Source: Anaerolineaceae bacterium
Lineage (GTDB): Bacteria; Chloroflexota; Anaerolineae; Anaerolineales; Anaerolineaceae
Assembly: GCA_034435955.1 (NCBI GenBank)
Contig: DAOTWA010000027.1
Span: forward strand, 16,325 to 80,324
DNA: 64,000 nt
Reading direction: 5' to 3'
In this document: positions 57,655-64,000 of the stretch, piece after piece
Layout of the letters: each line of letters opens with the position of its first letter
Numbering within the stretch: position 1 is the stretch's first letter
Position numbers and translations under genes: made by a program
Notes under the pieces: model-generated
The model's database searches: none
Told to the model about the DNA's origin: nothing
Seen by the model: only the letters and a program-made list of their open reading frames with translations

Positions 57655-57704
57655 TCTCTGTCCCCAACCTGTTACGCAAGGTCGTATTCGAATTAATATC
57701 TGAG

Positions 57705-58469
57705 TTACACCGCCCCGAAGACCGCACCCGTAATCGCTGCGACCACCTGTTCGGGATTGGACACGTGGGTGTCAAATGTGGCCACACGGCGTCCAAGGCG
57801 GAGAACGATGATGCGGTCAGACACGTCGAATATGTCCGCCAGGTTATGGCTGATCACCACCACGCCCAGACCCTGTTCTCGCAGTCTGCGGATCAGCTCC
57901 TTTACCTGGAGCGTCTGCTCCACGCCAAGAGCAGCCGTGGGTTCATCCAAGATGACCACCTTCGATTCCCACATCACCGCACGCGCCACAGCGACGGATT
58001 GGCGCTGACCGCCCGACATGGAAGCGATCCGTGTGCGCACCGACGGGATGCGCACGTGCAGGCTGGCGATCAATTCGGTGGCCCGTTTTTGCATGGCCAC
58101 TTCATTAATTGTGCTGATTGGACCGAGGCTGTTGATGTTCTCACGTCCCAGGAAGAGATTGGCTACCACGTCCAGGTTGTCGCAAAGAGCCAGGTCTTGA
58201 TAAACGGTTTGAATTCCCAGCGCGGTCGCGTCATGTGGATTGCGTACGCTGACCTCCTGACCGTTGAAAATATAAGTCCCCGCGTCAGGCTGGTATGTAC
58301 CGGCAATGATCTTTACCAGAGTGGACTTGCCCGCTCCGTTGTCACCTACCAGTCCGACGACCTCGCCAGTATAGACCTCGAAATCCACTTCGGTGAGAGC
58401 CTGTACAGCGCCGAAACGCTTGCTGATTCCGTGCAGTTCTAGGATAGGTTTTTTCCCGTTTGCGTCCAT
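57705..58469 (-). CDS. sugar ABC transporter ATP-binding protein, single-NBD (FrcA-like)
   Basis: Walker A GDNGAGKST, signature MSGGQRQ, Walker B VILDEPT, H-loop SHN. Start moved to ATG 58469 (MDANGKKPILELHG) with GGAAGGA upstream. Confidence 0.88.
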   Translation of the reverse strand: MDANGKKPILELHGISKRFGAVQALTEVDFEVYTGEVVGLVGDNGAGKSTLVKIIAGTYQPDAGTYIFNGQEVSVRNPHDATALGIQTVYQDLALCDNLDVVANLFLGRENINSLGPISTINEVAMQKRATELIASLHVRIPSVRTRIASMSGGQRQSVAVARAVMWESKVVILDEPTAALGVEQTLQVKELIRRLREQGLGVVVISHNLADIFDVSDRIIVLRLGRRVATFDTHVSNPEQVVAAITGAVFGAV

Positions 58470-58558
58470 ATTGTCCTTCCGCCGGATGGCGAGCAACCAG
58501 GCGCTGTATAAGCGCCTGGTTGCTCCTTTGCATGCAAATGATCTCCTGCTATTTTAAC

Positions 58559-59788
58559 TTATTGTGTCAATCCAGCGGCTTTGCAGGCATCAGCATATTG
58601 CGCTGTGCAGATCTGATCGACGGTGTCGAAGCCATCGGCCACGACGGTCGACTTGATGTTGTCCTTGGTGACCACCACCGGGGTCAGCAAAATGGACGGC
58701 ACGTCGATCTTGCCATTATTGGTCGTCGCTCCGTTGGTCATGTCCGCCGGTACGGGTGTCTTGGTGAGCAGATCGAACGCCAGGATTGCCGCATCTTCGG
58801 CCTCAGGCTTGATGGCCTTATAGACGGTCATATATTGATCGCCGGTAAGGATGTACTGGATGGCGCCAACCTGTGCGTCCTGGCCGGTAACGGGGGGCAG
58901 CGGGCTGAGGCCGGCCGCCTTCATGGCCGCGATTGCTCCGCTGGCGGTGCCGTCGTTGGCGCAGTAAACTCCATCGACCTTGTTGCCCAATGCGGTCAGG
59001 GCCTGCTGCATCTCATTTTGAGCCTGATCGGGGCTCCAGTCGGGGGTATCGTACTCTTTGGCGATGACCAGCTTGCCAGCCTGCACCAGCGGATCAAACA
59101 CGCTGTGCGCGCCCTGCTTGAACAGCTTGGCGTTATTGTCGGTCGGCGAGCCGTTGATCATTACGATGGTTGGCTTGGCGATACCCAGGGCATTCAGGCG
59201 GTCTACCAGCGCCTGAGCCTGTAGCTGGCCGACTTTGACGTTGTCGAAGGAGATGTAATAGTTGACGCCTGAGGAATTGAGGATCAGGCGGTCATAGGCG
59301 ATTACCGGCACGTTCTGGGCGGCGGCCTTGTCCGCGATTGAACCTGCCGCGGCCGAATCGACCGGATCCAGCACCAGCACCTGCGCGCCATTTGTCAGTG
59401 CTGCCTCTGCCTGGGAGAGCTGCAAATTGGCGTCCTGGTTGGCGTTGCTGTAAATGATCTCGCAGTTCGGGCAGAGCTGTTTGAACTTGGCTTCGAAATC
59501 GGGGCGGTCCGCGGCTTCATAGCGGGTCGTCTTCGTCTCGGGCAGCAGGAGTGCGACTTTACCGGTCGCGTTCGAGGCTGCTGGTTGAGTGGCTGCCTCA
59601 GTCGACGCCATGGTTGAGGCTTGCGTTGGGGCGGTTGTTGGGGCTTCCGTTGGCGCAACAGTGGGCGCTTCGGTGGGCGCTTCGGTGGGCGCAGAAGTCG
59701 GGGTCTGTGCCGCTCCGCCGCCGCATGCGGCGAGCGCGAAGGCAGCGATACTCACTACAGCAACCAGGAACATGAAACGTTTATTCAT
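58559..59788 (-). CDS. sugar ABC transporter substrate-binding lipoprotein (periplasmic-binding-protein type 1) with PTEA-repeat linker
   Basis: MNKRFMFLVAVVSIAAFALAACGG (lipobox LAAC). Linker PTSAPTEAPTEAPTVAPTEAPTTAPTQ. Then a PBP1-like body (VALLLPE..., PVIAYDRLI, VYCANDGTASGA). Confidence 0.85.
   Translation of the reverse strand: MNKRFMFLVAVVSIAAFALAACGGGAAQTPTSAPTEAPTEAPTVAPTEAPTTAPTQASTMASTEAATQPAASNATGKVALLLPETKTTRYEAADRPDFEAKFKQLCPNCEIIYSNANQDANLQLSQAEAALTNGAQVLVLDPVDSAAAGSIADKAAAQNVPVIAYDRLILNSSGVNYYISFDNVKVGQLQAQALVDRLNALGIAKPTIVMINGSPTDNNAKLFKQGAHSVFDPLVQAGKLVIAKEYDTPDWSPDQAQNEMQQALTALGNKVDGVYCANDGTASGAIAAMKAAGLSPLPPVTGQDAQVGAIQYILTGDQYMTVYKAIKPEAEDAAILAFDLLTKTPVPADMTNGATTNNGKIDVPSILLTPVVVTKDNIKSTVVADGFDTVDQICTAQYADACKAAGLTQ
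59625..59696 (-). repeat. six tandem 12-nt units encoding the (P-T-E/V/T-A)n linker of the binding protein
   Basis: Plus strand: gttggggcggtt / gttggggcttcc / gttggcgcaaca / gtgggcgcttcg / gtgggcgcttcg / gtgggcgcagaa. Two units are identical and the repeat is in frame. Confidence 0.8.
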
Positions 59789-60319
59789 ATTCTTCTCCTC
59801 TAATCGAATAAGGTAAGGTTCACATGTAACGGTCCGCCATCATTTACCGTTCGGATGCGGATTTGTTTGAGTGATCTTGTGTGGAAATACGTCGCTTGAC
59901 TGGCATCACCTCCTTTTTCTCTTAAATAAACGTGCGCAAGTCCATCGGTGTTGGCTCAGACTTACGCACGGAGGGCGGCAGCAAATCATGTGGTCACGGT
60001 TATAATCATCTGAAAATTGACGGCCATATATCCTTGTATTATTAAACTTGTTTCAGGTTATTGCGATTATATATCTTGCCGGCGGCTTTGACCTTACAAC
60101 AAAATAATACGCGCCTTAAGAGAAGTTTAAATCCGACTTAGACGTGCCGGGCAACCCTGCGATGTGTAGAATTGCCCGAATCGGAGTAAAATAGGAGCAA
60201 ATGGCAGAAAGAAATTGCCTCGTATTTAAGCCAGGCTTAACTTTAGGGGGTTAGTCTATTGGAAGAAGTGAAATACCGCGTATTTATTTTCTAATGGTGA
60301 TGATGTGCAAGAGGACTGC

Positions 60320-63124
60320 ATGGATCTGATCGAACAATTTCACGGGCCAAATCAGGGCTATCTGCTTTCTCTTTACGAGCGCTATCTGCAAGATCCGCAA
60401 ACGGTTGACGCCTCGCTGCGCGATCTTTTCGATCATTGGAAGCCCGTCGAAGAGGAGATCCGTTTGCTTCCAGAGGTCGGAGTCGAGAAAGTGGTGGCAG
60501 CGGTAAACCTGGCCTACGCCATCCGTACTTATGGGCATATGGATGCACATCTCGACCCATTAGGAAAGCCTCCTCGTGGAGATCCATCCCTGGCATACTC
60601 GTACTACGGGCTGAGCGAAGATGATCTCGCACGTTTGCCTGCGGCCATCATCGGCGGGCCGGTCAGCGAGCATAGCGCGAATGCTCTGGAGGCATTGCGT
60701 GAGTTGCGGCGAATCTACTGCGGCACGATCAGTTACGGATACAGTCACGTGCGCGTTCCGGAAGAGCGCCGCTGGCTACTCGATTCTGCCGAGTCCGGAC
60801 TATTCCGACCTCCACGTCAACCTATTAATCTGCAAGCGTTGCTTCAACGGCTCACCCAGGTTGAAACCCTCGAACATTTCCTGCAGCGTGCTTTCCCGGG
60901 CAAGACCCGTTTTTCGATCGAAGGTCTGGATATGCTCGTGCCAATGCTGGATGAGATGATCGCCGAGGTTGCTTCGAAGGATGTGTGCATGGTTTACCTC
61001 GGGATGGCTCATCGTGGACGGATAAACGTACTGGCCCATGTGCTCAATATGCCCTATGAACGCATCTTTGCGGAGTTTAAAGATCCCCGCAACGGCCCAT
61101 CGGCCTGGGAAGCGATGGGTTGGACTGGTGACGTGGTCTACCATGAAGGCGGCAATCTGGCGGTCAAGGGCGGCCAGGAGGTCAAGCTGATCGTCCGTAT
61201 GCCCTCCAATCCCAGCCACCTGGAGCATATCGATCCAGTGATCGAAGGCATGGCGCGCGCCGCCGATTCAAAGGTGGACCAGCCAGGGGAACCGATTCTG
61301 TATCCGAACGCTGCCCTCCCGGTGCTGATTCATGGAGACGCGTCTTTTGCCGGGCAGGGAGTGGTTTTCGAAACGCTTAACCTTTCGCACCTGCCTGGTT
61401 ATACCACCGGAGGGACAATCCACATCATCACCAATAACCAGCTTGGTTTTACCGCTACCCCAGAAGAGCTGTACAGCAGCCTGTACACCAGCGATCTGGC
61501 TAAAGGATTGCGCATCCCGGTCATTTACGTGAACGCCGATGATCCAATCGGTTGTATCGAAGCAATGCGAACGGCTGTTTCGTATAGGCAGCAATTTCAT
61601 AAAGATTTCCTCATCGAGATGGTCGGTTATCGCCGATATGGTCACAATGAAGGCGACGAACCCGCGTTTACTCAGCCAGTGATGTATCGTGAAATACAAA
61701 AACATCCGTCGGTGCGGGCTCTATTGGCTGAGGAGCTCGTTCGCCAAGGAAGCATTCCAGCCACTTTACCGCAGGAATTATACGATCGTTATTTTGGCAA
61801 TCTGCAGCAAATCTATCAACACCTCAAACCCGAGGAGATCGTCAATGGCACCTTGCCAACCTTCTCGAACGGGAAATCGCTGTCGTCACCTCGCCGACTT
61901 ACTCTGGATGAGCTGCGCGGCCTGAACCAGGCATTGCTGCAATTCCCACAGGATTTTCACCTGCACCCGCGTCTCACCCGTGCGATGGAACGGCGGCGCA
62001 AAGCGCTGGATGATCCCGATCAGGCCAGCGTCGATTGGGGTCTGGCGGAGACACTGGCATTTGCATCAATTTTGGTGGATGGAGTTCCTATACGGCTGGC
62101 CGGCGAGGACGTCGCGCGCGGGACGTTCAGCCAGCGGCACGCCGTCCTGTACGATGTCGAGGACGGGCATCCGTTCATTCCCTTACAGGCGATCCCGCAA
62201 GCAAAAGCTTCCTTCGAGATCGTGAACAGCCCTCTGACTGAGAATGCAACGTTAGGTTTCGAGTTTGGATATAATGTGGTTTCGCCAAACCGGCTGGTGC
62301 TCTGGGAAGCGCAATATGGGGATTTCATCAATGTGGCCCAGGCAATGGTGGACGAGTTTGTGGTCTCGGCGCAGGCAAAATGGAGCCAGAGGCCATCGCT
62401 GGTTTTATTACTCCCGCATGGCAACGAAGGACAGGGGCCGGATCATTCCAGTGCGCGGATGGAGCGTTTCTTACAAATAGCGGCGGGCGATGAATTGCGC
62501 ATAGCTATTCCTACCACCGCAGCCCAGTATTTTCACATCCTCCGATTACACGCTGCGCAAATTAAGTCCCGCCCGGTGCCGCTTATCCTTTTTACCCCGA
62601 AAGGATTGTTGCGCCACCCGTTGGTTGCCTCCAAACCAGCGGAACTGGTCGAAGGGGAGTGGTTGCCGGTTTTGGGTGATCCTCGCGAAAGGGCGCCACG
62701 AGGCAAGGCCAGGCGGGTGCTCCTATGCGCCGGCCGCATTTTTGCCGATTTACTGGGTTCTGCGGAGGTTCCCGACGTATCCGATACCGCCATCATAAGG
62801 GTGGAGCAGCTTTACCCGTTTCCAACCGAGGAGCTGCGTGAACAATTGGCCTTTTATCCCGACCTGGACGAAGTTGCTTGGGTGCAGGAGGAGCCTGAGA
62901 ATATGGGCGCCTGGTATTACCTGCGGCCCTTGCTAGAAAAAATCCTGGCGGGGAAGGCGTCGCTGGAATACATCGGCCGCCCGCCCAGCACCAGCCCGGC
63001 GGAGGGCTCTGGGGCGTTGTATGCGGTCAATCAGAAAGCGATCGTGGCTAGAGCATTTCAATCTAAGAAAATTGGTGAAAGCAGCCTGAAAGTAGGAAGG
63101 GGAGAAAAAGGCAATGGCAGGTGA
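60320..63124 (+). CDS. sucA: 2-oxoglutarate dehydrogenase E1 component
   Basis: MDLIEQFHGPNQGYL..., GMAHRGRINVLAHVLNMPYERIFAEF, HGDASFAGQGVV, RYGHNEGDEP. About 934 aa from ATG 60320; the track M1 is GTG 60305. Confidence 0.92.
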   Translation: MDLIEQFHGPNQGYLLSLYERYLQDPQTVDASLRDLFDHWKPVEEEIRLLPEVGVEKVVAAVNLAYAIRTYGHMDAHLDPLGKPPRGDPSLAYSYYGLSEDDLARLPAAIIGGPVSEHSANALEALRELRRIYCGTISYGYSHVRVPEERRWLLDSAESGLFRPPRQPINLQALLQRLTQVETLEHFLQRAFPGKTRFSIEGLDMLVPMLDEMIAEVASKDVCMVYLGMAHRGRINVLAHVLNMPYERIFAEFKDPRNGPSAWEAMGWTGDVVYHEGGNLAVKGGQEVKLIVRMPSNPSHLEHIDPVIEGMARAADSKVDQPGEPILYPNAALPVLIHGDASFAGQGVVFETLNLSHLPGYTTGGTIHIITNNQLGFTATPEELYSSLYTSDLAKGLRIPVIYVNADDPIGCIEAMRTAVSYRQQFHKDFLIEMVGYRRYGHNEGDEPAFTQPVMYREIQKHPSVRALLAEELVRQGSIPATLPQELYDRYFGNLQQIYQHLKPEEIVNGTLPTFSNGKSLSSPRRLTLDELRGLNQALLQFPQDFHLHPRLTRAMERRRKALDDPDQASVDWGLAETLAFASILVDGVPIRLAGEDVARGTFSQRHAVLYDVEDGHPFIPLQAIPQAKASFEIVNSPLTENATLGFEFGYNVVSPNRLVLWEAQYGDFINVAQAMVDEFVVSAQAKWSQRPSLVLLLPHGNEGQGPDHSSARMERFLQIAAGDELRIAIPTTAAQYFHILRLHAAQIKSRPVPLILFTPKGLLRHPLVASKPAELVEGEWLPVLGDPRERAPRGKARRVLLCAGRIFADLLGSAEVPDVSDTAIIRVEQLYPFPTEELREQLAFYPDLDEVAWVQEEPENMGAWYYLRPLLEKILAGKASLEYIGRPPSTSPAEGSGALYAVNQKAIVARAFQSKKIGESSLKVGRGEKGNGR

Positions 63125-64000
63125 GATCGTTGTACCTGAACTCGGGGAATCCGTCCTTGAGGCGACTGTGAGCCGTTGGATGAAAAAAGAAGGCGAATTC
63201 GTCCGCCAGGGTGAACCTGTGGTCGAGTTAGAGACCGATAAAGTCAACCTGGAGGTCTCCGCGTTGCAGTCTGGGGTACTGACACAAATCCTGCGCAAGG
63301 AAGGCGAGGACGTCAAGGTTGGCGAGACTCTGGCGACCATCGAACCGGCGCCGGAAGGGGAGATGCCCACGGGCGCTACGGGCATTGCGGCCGCCGCCAC
63401 CTCCGACCGGCCACCGGAAAGGGCCGTTCCTTCGGCGCCAGCGATTGAAGAAGCGGCGCTGCCGGTCAAATCATCGCCTGTGGGAAAGGTTGCCGCAGAG
63501 GAAAAAGAGCTCAAGGCCACCCCGGTTGCGGAGCGCATGGCCCGTGAAATTGGTGTGGATATTCGCCAGATCCCCGGAACTGGTCCAGGCGGCCGGGCGA
63601 CCAAGCAGGATGTGCTTTCTTATGTAGAGGCACAGGCCCGTCCTGAAACGCACTCGCAGATCGAGACAGAGGTGGAAAAGGTCATTCCATCGGAAGCCGG
63701 GGTGCGGCCTTCAGTTCCTTCTGGCGACCAGCGGGAGGAACGGGTGAGAATGTCACGTCGCCGGCGGACGATTGCCGCGCGCCTGGTCCAGACGCAGCAC
63801 AGCGCTGCCATGTTGACCACCTTCAACGAAGTAGATATGAGCGCGGTGATGGATTTGCGCCGACGGCGGAACGACGAATTGACCGCCCGCTTTGGGGTTA
63901 AACTGGGCATCACCTCGTTCTTTGTCAAAGCCAGCGTCGCGGCTCTCAAAGTCTTTCCGCGTTTGAACGCAGAGATCGACGGCGACGATATGATCCTCAA
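63114..64000 (+). CDS. sucB: dihydrolipoyllysine-residue succinyltransferase E2 component (3' end cut by window edge)
   Basis: Absent from the ORF track because it is open-ended. ATG 63114 overlaps the sucA stop by 11 nt. Translation gives MAGEIVVPELGESVLEATVSRWMKKEGEF...VELETDKVNLEV (lipoyl-Lys), TPVAERMAREIGVDIRQIPGTGPGGRATKQDV (E3-binding domain), and RMSRRRRTIAARLVQTQHSAAMLTTFNEVDM (catalytic domain start). Confidence 0.9.
   Translation, partial: MAGEIVVPELGESVLEATVSRWMKKEGEFVRQGEPVVELETDKVNLEVSALQSGVLTQILRKEGEDVKVGETLATIEPAPEGEMPTGATGIAAAATSDRPPERAVPSAPAIEEAALPVKSSPVGKVAAEEKELKATPVAERMAREIGVDIRQIPGTGPGGRATKQDVLSYVEAQARPETHSQIETEVEKVIPSEAGVRPSVPSGDQREERVRMSRRRRTIAARLVQTQHSAAMLTTFNEVDMSAVMDLRRRRNDELTARFGVKLGITSFFVKASVAALKVFPRLNAEIDGDDMIL

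Overview
This is a densely coding ~64-kb chromosomal segment with about 47 protein genes. By eye it is moderately GC-rich with AT-rich intergenic spacers. I saw no rRNA or tRNA genes, CRISPR arrays, transposases, integrases or phage genes.

Gene order, left to right:
- a partial XRE-cupin regulator, ndk, a 1305-aa TPR protein with a giant acidic Trp-motif spacer, and rpoD
- a GldA/F/G-like ABC-2 plus DUF4340 operon, then the H+-pyrophosphatase hppA
- seven polytopic GT-C-like glycosyltransferase paralogues, interrupted by one soluble C-N hydrolase
- an orphan DegS-like histidine kinase, a PfkA-family phosphofructokinase with the PPi-type signature, a long class II aldolase and a NUDIX hydrolase
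- a serine-palmitoyltransferase-like alpha-oxoamine synthase flanked by DegV and a DAGK-type lipid kinase
- a tightly coupled six-gene DNA-end-processing operon: DEDDh exonuclease, degenerate UvrD-like ATPase, intact UvrD-like helicase, stand-alone Cas4/AddB-type Fe-S nuclease, RecJ and a membrane GTPase
- a CAP-domain protein, Pro/Thr-linker lipoproteins and an EamA transporter
- a pentose-phosphate operon: tkt, tal-pgi fusion, YihX-like HAD, gnd, zwf
- a CUT2-type sugar ABC transporter and sucA-sucB

The gene content and the Pro/Thr linkers give an impression of a Chloroflexota (Anaerolineae-like) genome. That is an impression only.

The best candidates for undescribed biology are the split helicase/nuclease operon (34002-43453), the GT-C array (13648-25210), the SPT-like lipid module (30837-33937) and the Trp-motif TPR protein (1299-5216).

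All calls come from reading motifs and junctions by eye. No database search was run. Several start codons were moved from the ORF-track maximum to internal starts that have Shine-Dalgarno support.
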